DNA from: Candidatus Poribacteria bacterium
Lineage (GTDB): Bacteria; Poribacteria; WGA-4E; PCPOR2b
Assembly: GCA_965222435.1 (NCBI GenBank)
Contig: OZ244950.1
Location: 5,547,983 to 5,611,982 of the forward strand
Length of the DNA: 64,000 nt
Direction: 5' to 3'
A program made the translations under genes and the position numbers. Position 1 is the stretch's first letter. The number at the start of each line of letters is the position of its first letter. The notes beneath the pieces are model-generated. The model did not search any database, was not told the origin of the DNA, and saw only the letters and a list, made by a program, of their open reading frames with translations. Below are positions 50,574 through 60,373 of this stretch, piece by piece.

Positions 50574-52802
50574 TTACGGATTCCACCAATAAGTCATCTT
50601 TGCAACAACTGTTGATTCCTCAAGTGCGGTTTTTGTACCATCACTATCATAAATCTGGTTGAAAACAAGATAAAGATCGCTGCCGGGACGGTAGATATAG
50701 TTAAGCAAAAAGTTGGTGGAAATCACTTCATCGTCGCTGTTCCATTGGGCAAACAACTTCGCAAAAAGGGTTGTGGTGAAAGAATAAACAATACGACTCC
50801 CGAAAATATTCACATTGAAAGGAGCTTCGTTCGGGAGATCCACCTGGTTAAATTGATATTGCGTTTCAAAGGCGAGGCGCCCACTCGGTTTGAAGTTCGC
50901 TTGGATATCAAATCCGCGATTTGTTCCGCCGAAGAACGTGCCGTAATTTGCGCCGAATCGTCCCGAAATCTTCCGCCCCTCATCTGTATCGATCATCGTT
51001 CTGAAGGTAGTCAAATCGTAATCATCGATCGGTATGATAACGCCATCTCGAATTTCAAACTCCTCGTCAAGAAATTCAGAGGTTCGTCGAATCTCAACGT
51101 TGACCCAACTCCCCTGCTCAAGCTGAAACCAATTAGTGAGTGAAAACTCTCGCGTTTCCAGTTCATCGTCTTGGTTGAGGATATAGTCAACCTCCGGTCC
51201 CATGAAGATGCGTCGAATCCCGAATTTTCTGGGCCACGGGGTAAAACGCATCTGTCCACGGAATCGTCGGCTGCCCTGACGGCGGACGAATCCGACTTCA
51301 GGGTTGAAGTTCTCACCAATGAACGTATATGTTCCATTAAATCGGAGTAGACTGTTTCGCCAAGTACTGCCAAAGTACATCGCATCACTCTTGACAGAAA
51401 CATCCTCCTCATAAGTCCGTGCCCACAGTCCACGCACATCAATACTGTCGTTTGGACGATACGCGAAGTCCAATCCTCCCGCACGGTTGTAGGTATCTGT
51501 GTCCTGTTTATTAATCGCAATCGCCCCGATACTGGAACCGCTGAAGAGATCCCGCGTTACACGCAGCACGGAGTAGTTTGTCCTAGACAAATCAACAATA
51601 TCGTCTTCATCAGTAACCGATGAATCGGTGTGAAATTCATCCGTCAACACATTCAACAGACCAACCCCGTAAGGTCCCACTTTGCCTGTAATCTTGCTCC
51701 CACCCATAATCGGAATGGCGTAACCTTCCTCAAGCCCGATGCGACGACTGTAAAAGAGAAGCAACGGAGGAGGATTAAAGAAACTCGGGCGGGGAATGCC
51801 GAAATCAAACAGCCCAGCACCCTCTAAGAAGAAGGGACGCTTCTCCGGGAAATACAAACTGAAGCGCGTCAAGTTGACCTGTTCCTGATCCGCTTCAACT
51901 TGAGCGAAATCAGTATTAAGAGTCAGATCGGCGGTGAGGTTGGAGGTTAAACCGTACTTGAGATCCAACCCAATATCGAATTTACTATCAATACCCTCAT
52001 CTCCTTCGATTCGATTAACCCCCGGTAAGACATAAGGCAGAACTTCAAGACGCCTTGACGGAGTTATGCCTGCCAAACCAACTAGGCTACCAAGGCTAGC
52101 GGTTCGATATTTCGATCGACTGCCATACTGTCTTGATACGGGAACCCACGTTGCTTCCTCTTTCTTTTGCCGGATGGTTCGTCCGAAATTTACGCCCCAG
52201 ACCATCGGGTCGCTTCTGTTGAAACGGAGCTGGCTGAAAGGAATAGCAATCTCCGTTGTCCAGTGGGTATCATTGATCTTGGCACGGCAATCCCACACAG
52301 CATCCCAACTACTGTTCTGGCTATCTCCGCTGTTTGTCAACGCTATATCCTGCATCGCGCCTAATGGATTGATGCGGAAGAAAACCCCATTACGTTTATC
52401 GTTGTAGGTATCCAACAGAATAAAAACGTTATCGTTTTCACGCAAATTTTCTGCATCTCGACGCATTTCGTTGGCAACAATGTTATCACGATGTGAACTC
52501 GAACAGGTAAAACCGAAGTAGATGTTTTTCTCATCGTAAAGGATGCGGACCTCTGTCGATTCAGTTATCGGGACACCTTCATCGGGTTCGGTTTGGACAA
52601 ACTGATTGATCAGTTTTGCATGCTGCCAATCGGTTTCATTGAAATCCCCGTCAAGTTCAATGCTCTGGAAAGTTCGATATGCCTCAGCTCGATATTCTAT
52701 CGGTTCAGAGGCGGAACTTATACAAATCGGAAATAAGAATATAAAACTTAAAAGAAACAGGTATCTTCTAATTTCAGGGAATTGATGCAGATTGAAACTC
52801 AT
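50574..52802 (-). CDS. CBM9-like/DUF5916-type secreted protein (paralog 4)
   Basis: Colinear with paralogs 1-3. Signal peptide MSFNLHQFPEIRRYLFLLSFIFLFPICISSA. Confidence 0.7.
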   Translation of the reverse strand: MSFNLHQFPEIRRYLFLLSFIFLFPICISSASEPIEYRAEAYRTFQSIELDGDFNETDWQHAKLINQFVQTEPDEGVPITESTEVRILYDEKNIYFGFTCSSSHRDNIVANEMRRDAENLRENDNVFILLDTYNDKRNGVFFRINPLGAMQDIALTNSGDSQNSSWDAVWDCRAKINDTHWTTEIAIPFSQLRFNRSDPMVWGVNFGRTIRQKKEEATWVPVSRQYGSRSKYRTASLGSLVGLAGITPSRRLEVLPYVLPGVNRIEGDEGIDSKFDIGLDLKYGLTSNLTADLTLNTDFAQVEADQEQVNLTRFSLYFPEKRPFFLEGAGLFDFGIPRPSFFNPPPLLLFYSRRIGLEEGYAIPIMGGSKITGKVGPYGVGLLNVLTDEFHTDSSVTDEDDIVDLSRTNYSVLRVTRDLFSGSSIGAIAINKQDTDTYNRAGGLDFAYRPNDSIDVRGLWARTYEEDVSVKSDAMYFGSTWRNSLLRFNGTYTFIGENFNPEVGFVRRQGSRRFRGQMRFTPWPRKFGIRRIFMGPEVDYILNQDDELETREFSLTNWFQLEQGSWVNVEIRRTSEFLDEEFEIRDGVIIPIDDYDLTTFRTMIDTDEGRKISGRFGANYGTFFGGTNRGFDIQANFKPSGRLAFETQYQFNQVDLPNEAPFNVNIFGSRIVYSFTTTLFAKLFAQWNSDDEVISTNFLLNYIYRPGSDLYLVFNQIYDSDGTKTALEESTVVAKMTYWWNP

Positions 52803-52964
52803 ACTTCCTTCTTTTGGTGCTTAGGTATTGGGAGGTAATGTATATTTAGACATTAGAATGACGAAAAAAGAGAGGAAGGGATTAACTAAAGTTGTGTGAT
52901 AAGAATTCAGGAGGGTTAATCGAATAAACATAAGGAGAGAAAATACCGGAGATTGCTGATTCAA

Positions 52965-53483
52965 TTAGGGCACCCGGCTATAAATCTGTGCCTTTTCCAG
53001 AGTATCCTTAAATGGTCCCTGTTTGTCCGTTTGCAATGTGAAAATAATTACGCCCATTCTCGTGTCACGTTGCTCATCCTCTTCAATCAGCCGATGAGGT
53101 ATCTCCGCAAAAAGGACCCTACGGTTTCCGCCGACCGCCCCCCATTGCAAACCTATGACGCGCCCATCGTAGACTTTTTTGCTTTTAGCACCATTCCGCA
53201 TCGAGTAGATCTCGACATGATGCGTGAATTTGGACTCCGAGAGGCTCCTGGGACCAGTTCCCGGTGTCAAGATACTTCCATGCTGGATTAACGGACGACC
53301 GTTCTCATTCAGCAGAAAAATGTCGAATTCAATCTGACTGGGCCGAAAAGTGGTTTCAACCTTGATACCTGCGAAATTGTCTATTATACCGGTCTCACAA
53401 CCTAAAATTGCGATTAGACATCCCCAAGTAAGCCAAGGCAGAATCTTTCCTACTATTTTATCTTTTAAGAAATCTGCGTTCAA
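52965..53483 (-). CDS. Hypothetical lipoprotein
   Basis: Lipobox ILGCETG after a hydrophobic segment. 172 aa. Confidence 0.45.
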   Translation of the reverse strand: MNADFLKDKIVGKILPWLTWGCLIAILGCETGIIDNFAGIKVETTFRPSQIEFDIFLLNENGRPLIQHGSILTPGTGPRSLSESKFTHHVEIYSMRNGAKSKKVYDGRVIGLQWGAVGGNRRVLFAEIPHRLIEEDEQRDTRMGVIIFTLQTDKQGPFKDTLEKAQIYSRVP

Positions 53484-53513
53484 TTCCCATCTCCATTTGC
53501 TGATTCATTCTCC

Positions 53514-54227
53514 TCAGAAGTGTAATCCAACCCCCAAACCAACCGCTGTACCATCAAAATCAAGGTCGAAGGGAACTGCGCCGCTCCCCTTGAAAGTCTT
53601 GAGGATCCGCTTTGCCTCAAGGGTAAGAGTAAGCTGATCGTCGAGAAGCAGATACGTTAGCCCAACTTGCGCATATCCTGTCAAACCAGAATTTCCATCA
53701 CCAAGAGCTACCCCTTGCTCCGCTAATAAGCCAAGGGCACTGCCATCAACACTCAGGTGTGAATACCCGACGCCACCTCCCAAGTAAAGCGGAAGGAGGT
53801 CGCGAAGCAGTATGGGATGGTATAGCAAACTGAACGAAATGGGGATAAAGGTAGCGGAAAGATCGGCGGCGTTCGGCGGCGGTATTGCTGTATCATTCGT
53901 CCAATACCCGATTGCTATTTGGGAAGATAACTCTGGGGCGTGTTTCAGTTTCACAGAAGCAACCGGCATCAACCCGGCGTTGAGTGCTGGCACGCCGAGA
54001 CTGTTCAACAGTGCTGTGAACTGCCCCAAGTTTGGCTTGTAAGAAAAGAAAGAAATGTGAAACGATGTGGATTCGACGCTACGTCTCATAAAATCCGGCA
54101 ATAGACTCGTCTGTTCGCCTTCAGTTGGCGTCTCTGACACGACCGCCGATTCAAGCGAGATATTTCCCACGAAACAGCCAATAAGCACTATGAGCAGCAA
54201 TAGAGGAACTGTATAAGATCTGTTCAT
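53514..54227 (-). CDS. Outer-membrane beta-barrel protein (OmpW/porin-like small barrel)
   Basis: Signal peptide present. Alternating amphipathic beta-strands. The C-terminus GLGVGLHF ends in an aromatic residue. Confidence 0.55.
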   Translation of the reverse strand: MNRSYTVPLLLLIVLIGCFVGNISLESAVVSETPTEGEQTSLLPDFMRRSVESTSFHISFFSYKPNLGQFTALLNSLGVPALNAGLMPVASVKLKHAPELSSQIAIGYWTNDTAIPPPNAADLSATFIPISFSLLYHPILLRDLLPLYLGGGVGYSHLSVDGSALGLLAEQGVALGDGNSGLTGYAQVGLTYLLLDDQLTLTLEAKRILKTFKGSGAVPFDLDFDGTAVGLGVGLHF

Positions 54228-54290
54228 TTCTTGTTAATTGCCAACGGTCCTATTCCGTTTTCGGTTGTCACTATATTTCACATATCAACT

Positions 54291-55025
54291 TCATCTCGGT
54301 TGGCATCGGTAGATGGCTCTACCTTTGGTTCCACCGAGCAGCGTCACCACAAAATACGTCTCCAACAACCTGCGAATTGGCTGATTAACTCGGTAACAGA
54401 TTAAGAGCGTAATCACATTCGGTGCCTCTGCGACCTGTTGAAGGAATGGTTCAAGAGGACCAAAATCCGCTGATTCAGGCCCATCCTTCGGATGCCAATG
54501 GTCATTGTGAGCGTAAGGTGGATCCGTGACGAGGGCGACCTCGCCATCAATCGAAGCCAGATGTTCTTGAATCCAAGTTGCGTCGTGTTGCAAGAGTTCT
54601 ACATCAAGATGAATCTGTTGCGCATGATTAAAAATCAATCGGCACCGCTCCTGATAGGATCTTTTCAGTTCATCATTCTCGGTTTTGTACGCTTGGATTG
54701 CGTGTAAGCGTTCCTCAAGGGCGTTCTGCTCCTTCATCCACTGAAAATTTTGCTGCGCCGTTTCTAACACAACCGGATGCAGGTCTGCCCCGATCAATTT
54801 TTTTATCTTCCTCCAAAAAAGAAGGTACGCTGTACAGAGGATGACGCCGTTACCGCAGAACGGATCATACACCGTGATTGGCCCCCGTTCCTCCTCAAAT
54901 AATGAGTTAAGCATCACATACGCAACACGAGGTGGAAATCGCGGAGTCCGCGTTGACATGGCTTGATAGAGTGTCTTACCAACCTCTATATATTTATAAG
55001 TGACGGGACCTTGTGGGAGGTGCAT
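54291..55025 (-). CDS. Putative SAM-dependent methyltransferase of the DPPY (N6-adenine/N2-guanine, UPF0020/Trm11-like) type
   Basis: Motif I VYDPFCGNG and motif IV DPPY, in that order. 244 aa. Confidence 0.5.
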   Translation of the reverse strand: MHLPQGPVTYKYIEVGKTLYQAMSTRTPRFPPRVAYVMLNSLFEEERGPITVYDPFCGNGVILCTAYLLFWRKIKKLIGADLHPVVLETAQQNFQWMKEQNALEERLHAIQAYKTENDELKRSYQERCRLIFNHAQQIHLDVELLQHDATWIQEHLASIDGEVALVTDPPYAHNDHWHPKDGPESADFGPLEPFLQQVAEAPNVITLLICYRVNQPIRRLLETYFVVTLLGGTKGRAIYRCQPR

Positions 55026-55089
55026 GATACGTGAAACGGCAATCGGTCAGTCTGATAGTGGATTGACGGAAAATCTCCTCAAACGATGA

Positions 55090-55557
55090 TTAAGACGATG
55101 CTGACCGCCACGGGATACAGTGTGCAGCAAAACGTTTGAGCGCGCCACTTTTAACGATAATCGCTTCGGGCCGCAGGACAGTCGAGTACATCATAAGTAA
55201 CGAAATTGTATCAAGCAGAGACCGGTAGCCGGATAAACCGGATATATCAATATAAATCTTGTTAAACTGCTCACCGAACTCAAGCGCTGCTCTAACATCG
55301 AATCCATCTAGGACTTCAAAGTGCAAGTCAGGGCGCATTTCCCGTGCACGCTCGATACACTTAGGACTGATGTCAGTACCAATGACCTTCTTACAATGTG
55401 GCGCAATCAACGCAGTTGTCGTTCCCCACTCACAACCGATTTCTAGCACAACATCACTTGCATTCACCCAAACGGGAATGGTCTCACGGTACTCTTTAAC
55501 GCCGCGTGTGCCGATAAATTCTGTTTTCGTTTCAAATAGTTGGTTCTTGCTTGCCAT
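55090..55557 (-). CDS. Small class I SAM-dependent methyltransferase
   Basis: Motif I VLEIGCEWG and post-I GTDIS. 155 aa. Confidence 0.55.
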   Translation of the reverse strand: MASKNQLFETKTEFIGTRGVKEYRETIPVWVNASDVVLEIGCEWGTTTALIAPHCKKVIGTDISPKCIERAREMRPDLHFEVLDGFDVRAALEFGEQFNKIYIDISGLSGYRSLLDTISLLMMYSTVLRPEAIIVKSGALKRFAAHCIPWRSASS

Positions 55558-55730
55558 GTGCTTTCCAGACAGTAACTTGTAATCCGTAGTAGATATATTG
55601 CTTTGAATCTCCCGACAAATGAAACTCGACCCGCGAACTCTCTAGCACCTTGAGCTACCATAAAAAAAGGGAAATTGGGATGAAGCCGATTCCACCCAAT
55701 TTCCCTTAAAGCTAGATACAGTGTGAAGTG

Positions 55731-56603
55731 CTACATCATCGAACCAGCCGGCAAGATAATGACCTCTGCTCGCCGGTTCTGGGCGCGCCCTGCTTTTGTA
55801 TTGACCGGAGCAATAGGTTCCGTATGTCCAAGTCCACGAGACTTGATTGTGTTCGTTACGCCTTTGCTCTTGAGATATTGCACAACCGCATCTGCGCGGG
55901 CTTGAGAAAGATCCCAATTGCTGCGGTATTTTCCCCTTAATACGGGGCTGCCATCCGCGTGACCCTTGACGAGTACCGACGCATCAGAATTTGATTGAAT
56001 CGCTGCTACTGCTTTATCAAGCATTTCCACGGCAGCCTGAGTCAAGCCGACTTTTCCACTGGGGAACTGAACCGTAGCCGCTACCATTGGCTTGGCAGAA
56101 GCCATTGCCGTTGTTTCAGCAAGCGCCTTTTTTGTCTCCATGAGCGCAGCTTCCAAATCGGATATGCTTTGGGCTTGCATTTTGTTCGCATCTTCCACTG
56201 CAGCAATCTGGTCCTGGAGTTTCTGATCTCCAGACATGGCGGCTTGTTGTGCCTTTTCGCCAACCATATCCGCAGTCTGCATGAGCTCCTCACGCAGTTT
56301 GGCGTCCCCACCTTCAGCGAACTCTTTGGCGGCTGTTATTGTATCCGCATCACCTTGTTGAGAGGCAGTAATGGCAGCTTCTTTTGCCATAGACACCTCC
56401 GACCTCAAAGCATCCCCTTGAGCATCAACCTTGCCACTAAGCTCAGATGCTTGGTTGCCCAAATCAGTGTGTGCCGATGTATTTTCTTGGTTGTATTTAT
56501 CCATCTCCATGGCAAACTCTTCTTTGCTTAATTTGCCGCAGCCACTGAGGATAACGCTAAATACAAAAACGCTAACAATCGCTATTCCTGCTATATTTCT
56601 CAT
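55731..56603 (-). CDS. OmpA/MotB-family peptidoglycan-binding lipoprotein with long coiled-coil linker
   Basis: Lipobox LSGCG. Helical Ala/Gln/Glu-rich middle. The C-terminal OmpA domain reads VKGHADGSPVLRGKYRSNWDLSQARADAVVQYL...NRRAEVIIL. Confidence 0.85.
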   Translation of the reverse strand: MRNIAGIAIVSVFVFSVILSGCGKLSKEEFAMEMDKYNQENTSAHTDLGNQASELSGKVDAQGDALRSEVSMAKEAAITASQQGDADTITAAKEFAEGGDAKLREELMQTADMVGEKAQQAAMSGDQKLQDQIAAVEDANKMQAQSISDLEAALMETKKALAETTAMASAKPMVAATVQFPSGKVGLTQAAVEMLDKAVAAIQSNSDASVLVKGHADGSPVLRGKYRSNWDLSQARADAVVQYLKSKGVTNTIKSRGLGHTEPIAPVNTKAGRAQNRRAEVIILPAGSMM

Positions 56604-56881
56604 TGTTACCTCCTCGGAAAAAATTCATTCTAAAGTGAACGAAAATGGTTTATGGTATGACAATTTGTGTGGATAGGGAACGAGGAACGGGTGGAAATTC
56701 CGTTGATGTGGAAGCACGATTTGACAAATAAAATTTTTATGTTATACTTGTAATGGATAAGGAAAGTGCGAGATTTTGGTAGTGAAAATTAACCGAAACT
56801 GAACAATCTTAAAGGAGATTGTTTTGTTTTCACTAAAGGAAATGAGTGTGCTTCTCAAAACAAAACAAGGAGGTGAATGCT

Positions 56882-56962
56882 ATGAAGAAATGGCTTCATG
56901 TAATAAAACTGGTTTTAGAAGTCATAATTCTTCTTATCCAGTTGCTACTTGCTTTGATGTAG
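56882..56962 (+). CDS. Candidate 26 aa hydrophobic peptide (MKKWLHVIKLVLEVIILLIQLLLALM) with a strong SD
   Basis: AAGGAGGT lies 7 nt upstream of the ATG. The peptide is a single predicted TM helix with an N-terminal KK. It sits in an AT-rich 450 nt intergenic region antisense to the ompA-like promoter region. It is not in the ORF track because it is under 60 aa. Confidence 0.3.
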   Translation: MKKWLHVIKLVLEVIILLIQLLLALM

Positions 56963-57057
56963 GAAACTTTCCAATCTCGCACCGTTTATCCATACGCTTC
57001 ACTGACCCATCAGTTTTGCGTTAAATTATTATAACATATCATTATTTATTTTGTCAA

Positions 57058-57573
57058 TCACTGCCTAACAGTTATGTCGCCAAAGGTGCGTAAACCATTG
57101 GTATGGTCATTTAGTTTAGAATACCATTCTCCTGAAAGGTTGTCAAGAAGTAAGTCTATTACTATTTGGCATCTCTTGCTTTCCTTTTTGGGAATACTGT
57201 TTAGGAAACTTTCTTGTATATATGGCTCAAGGTTGTATTGGTTGTACTCGATGTCATGTTTCCCTGAAAGACCAAAGTTGTAGGTGTTACCAACGGAGGT
57301 GCTGTAATGTAGATTAAGCCTCCACATGCCACTCGGTTCAAAGGTAATAATCCAAGAGTGGAAGTATTCAAGTGGAAGTTCAAATTTCGAGTTTAACCAT
57401 AACTCAGCCTTGTGTCCATCTATGTACTCAATTTCCCATGTACCAATCCAAGCATCAGAATAATCAGAATCTTCAGCAGGAGAAATTATCAGTTCTGGAC
57501 TGTCACTAATATGACTATACGCGATAACTGTTACAGTGAGAATCATCAACATCATCAACCATACTCTTTTCAT
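57058..57573 (-). CDS. Secreted hypothetical protein (low-GC island)
   Basis: Signal peptide MKRVWLMMLMILTVTVIAYSHIS. AT-rich codon usage differs from the bulk of the contig. The start of the next gene overlaps by 4 nt. Confidence 0.45.
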   Translation of the reverse strand: MKRVWLMMLMILTVTVIAYSHISDSPELIISPAEDSDYSDAWIGTWEIEYIDGHKAELWLNSKFELPLEYFHSWIITFEPSGMWRLNLHYSTSVGNTYNFGLSGKHDIEYNQYNLEPYIQESFLNSIPKKESKRCQIVIDLLLDNLSGEWYSKLNDHTNGLRTFGDITVRQ

Positions 57574-57890
57574 TTTGACTCTCTTTCTGCCTCACGGCGT
57601 TTCAGCAACACGGTTGCTATTTCCAGTTCATACGGCGTTGCTTCTCGCATAATGATTTTGCGAATGCCCCGCTTTTGTGAGAACCTCAAAATAGCAACTC
57701 CTTTGTCTGGAATGTAATATTTAATATCTTCCCCATGTACAGGGTGATGAATACATACAATTTCTGAAGGATATGTCTCTACAAATTGTTTATGTGACAT
57801 TCCGTAATAGTACGCAGGGAATACAGACTTGTCAACCCTTGAGCAACCGATAAGCAGTATTAGAAGCGTCAATGAAAGAAGTATTTTCAT
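57570..57890 (-). CDS. Hypothetical lipoprotein (low-GC island)
   Basis: Lipobox LLIGCS. 106 aa. Its start abuts or overlaps the predicted 3' end of the group II intron, so the exact start is uncertain. Confidence 0.4.
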   Translation of the reverse strand: MKILLSLTLLILLIGCSRVDKSVFPAYYYGMSHKQFVETYPSEIVCIHHPVHGEDIKYYIPDKGVAILRFSQKRGIRKIIMREATPYELEIATVLLKRREAERESK

Positions 57891-57909
57891 TCCTCATTCT
57901 CCCCCACCC

Positions 57910-57943
57910 GAACCGTGCATGCGACTTTCACCGCACACGGCTC
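57910..57943 (-). ncRNA. Group II intron catalytic domain V
   Basis: The 34 nt hairpin matches the DV consensus GAGCCGUAUGCGGUGAAAGUCGCACGUACGGUUC at 30 of 34 positions, including the catalytic AGC. Confidence 0.75.
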
Positions 57944-57992
57944 TCTCAATTGCCAGATGATGATATTTTATTCTGCTTTAGTGTCCGAAACG

Positions 57993-59733
57993 TTAAGCCT
58001 TGCCCTTCATCAATGTTATGTAGTCAATGCCTTTATTTACGAGTTCGGACATCTCTTCAACGGAAAACAATCGGTGGATATTTAGATGGCATTCTTGGTG
58101 GATAAGTCGTAGGTTAGATAACTTTGTCTCACCGTCATATTTCAAGGGTTTCAAGTGATGAATATGTAGAGTGTTCCTGTCCTCATAATTGAAATCCTGC
58201 TCGCAGTATGCACATCTGCCCTTTTGCTTATCATACAGTTGGCGATGCGTACCATAGAGGGCAAGTTGATTGTTTTCACGTTTCAACCAGTATTCCTTAT
58301 CATCTTTGTTAAAAACACGCATTCCTTTCTTAACTTTCACATGACGGCGAATTGGGATTTTGTCCATGCGAATGACTTTTTATCCTGTTTCTTGGTCATG
58401 GAAAGCCCAGCCTTCGGTAAAGTATTTTCTCATAATCCATTTAGCACCTCTACTGGTGTGTTTGTGAGTAGCCCACTTATAGAGACGTTGGAATAAATAT
58501 GAGTGATTTCTTCCAAAGGTTTCGTATGAAACAACAGAGCGATAGTATTGACCCCAACCCATGACAATAGGATTGAGTTCTTTAATCATTGTGATAGCAG
58601 AGTAGTTCTGCCGTCGGGTGATTTGTCTAACACTATCACGATATTCGCTGATGTTCGATTGGGAAGGCGTGATGATTAACTTATCACCATGTTTCTTGAG
58701 GTTAAATCCAAGAAAATCAAAGCCATTTTTGATATGGGTGATATGGGTTTTATCATCAGATAAATCCAGATTGATATTATCCTTCAGGAAAGTTTTGATA
58801 CGTGATTTAGTGCGTTTGGCTTCAGGTTGACTGTCGCAAGTAATAATGAAGTCATCGGCATATCGAATCATCGGATTATACTCTCCTGTAGACTGCATAA
58901 AATCATCAAAACAGGTTAAGGCTACATTTGCTAACATAGGTGATATAACTCCACCTTGTGGTGTACCTTCTTCAGTGGGGGATATGTTCCCCTCAAAAGA
59001 TACACCTGATTTTAGCATTGCGTGGATTATATTGGTTATTTGTAGGGGTATCTTCCATCGGAGTAGAGTGGCGATGATGTGGTCATGGTCTATATGGTCA
59101 AAGCACTCCTTTATGTCTCCTTCAATGACTACTTGCTTGGAGAACTTGCGCGATAACTTGATAAAGATGTCTTGTATCGCATCATGACAGGAACGCTTGG
59201 GTCTGAAACCATGACTACAATGATTGAAGTATGCCTCACAAATAGGTTCAATGGATTGTTTGATGATATTCTGCACTATTCGGTCATGGATTGTAGGGAT
59301 ACCAAGAGGACGCTGTTTACCAATTAGGTTTTGGAATGTAAACACGCCTAATAGATTCAGGTTTCTTGGTGATGTCAATGCTACCATATAATTCAGTCAT
59401 GAAACGTAGCCTTTCTGGTGCTGTTCGTGGTGTAGAGATATTATCTACTCCAGAGGTATAGCGTCCAGCGTTCAGTTGGCATATTTGATATATGGATAGT
59501 GTCCTATTTGCCATTGATTTAGTGCTTAATTGATGAACAAGGAAACGGATTTGATTGCTATCATCATCTCTAACCGCTTTGTCAAGTTGGTATTGCAATT
59601 TTAGGACTGTTTCTCTGCATTGTCTGATATTATCAGGCGAGAAGATTCCCTGTCCATGTGGATAGGTGTTCAGTCTATCATTATCACTGGGTACAGTTTT
59701 AGATTGCATATCCAATCCTTTCAAAACTGGCAA
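57993..59733 (-). pseudogene. Group II intron-encoded protein (RT0-7, maturase/X, HNH endonuclease) disrupted by two frameshifts
   Basis: Three consecutive ORFs in different frames. 59317-59733 is the RT N-terminus (...NAGRYTSGVDNIS...RRVYIPKPN). 58380-59387 is the RT core (GKQRPLGIPTIHDRIVQ ... YADDFIIT ... maturase). 57993-58367 is the HNH domain (CAYCEQDF...HIHHLKPL...HQECH). The shifts fall between PKPN|GKQRPLG and after the maturase domain. Confidence 0.7.
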
Positions 59734-59748
59734 TTGTAGGTGTGCTTA

Positions 59749-60153
59749 TTATGGCTTGATTATAACCGAGTCTATCTTATCGTGAATATATCTGCCCAAA
59801 GACTCTAATTTATTGATTATTCTTGTATCATTAAGACTGGCTTCTACTTGAGTTTCCTGCATATAATTCAATGCACCTATAGTGAAGGTATATACAGCAG
59901 ATAAGAGGATAACATGTGTGGGATATGAATGTTCAAAGTGCTGATTCAGATTGTCAACTGCCCCTTGAACCATAGTTAATTCCCGTATCATATAATCAAT
60001 CTTGTCCTTTTTATCTTGATTTTCTTCAGCATAAAACTTCTCAAGCAGATGTTGTCTTAGTAGTAGAAAGGTTTGTCCAGCAAATTTCGTATCTGCGCGC
60101 ATTTCAGCCTCTCCTTTACTCACCCGTATGTATTTCCATCGACAATCCATCAC
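59749..60153 (-). CDS. Hypothetical 134 aa ORF lying where intron domains I-III would be expected; possibly spurious
   Basis: Open frame only. No signal peptide or motif. Low-complexity, Lys/Glu-rich. Confidence 0.25.
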   Translation of the reverse strand: MMDCRWKYIRVSKGEAEMRADTKFAGQTFLLLRQHLLEKFYAEENQDKKDKIDYMIRELTMVQGAVDNLNQHFEHSYPTHVILLSAVYTFTIGALNYMQETQVEASLNDTRIINKLESLGRYIHDKIDSVIIKP

Positions 60154-60373
60154 TGCTTACAAGTGGGACATAAGGCTATACTCTACACCCGCTATTTCAA
60201 GATAGGGTAGTTATAGCAGAATTGCCGATAAGGTATAGTTGATTTGGCAGTCAATTGGCTGATTGCCATTTCAATTATATCACATACCAGTTAAGCGTGT
60301 ACCATTTTCTTGTAAACCAAAATATCAATCAAACATTATCTCTTTTAACCTAAAAGAGAAAGGAGTCAAAATA

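Larger units (their letters stand above)
57870..60250 (-). mobile_element. Group II intron (degenerate or possibly 5'-truncated), minus strand. The 3' end is near 57870-57900 and the 5' end is not identifiable.
   Basis: Canonical domain V lies at 57910-57943 (minus strand: GAGCCGTGTGCGGTGAAAGTCGCATGCACGGTTC, with the AGC triad and GAAA tetraloop). The intron-encoded RT/maturase/HNH protein sits immediately upstream in the domain IV position. No GUGYG 5' end was found within 700 nt upstream of the IEP. Confidence 0.6.
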
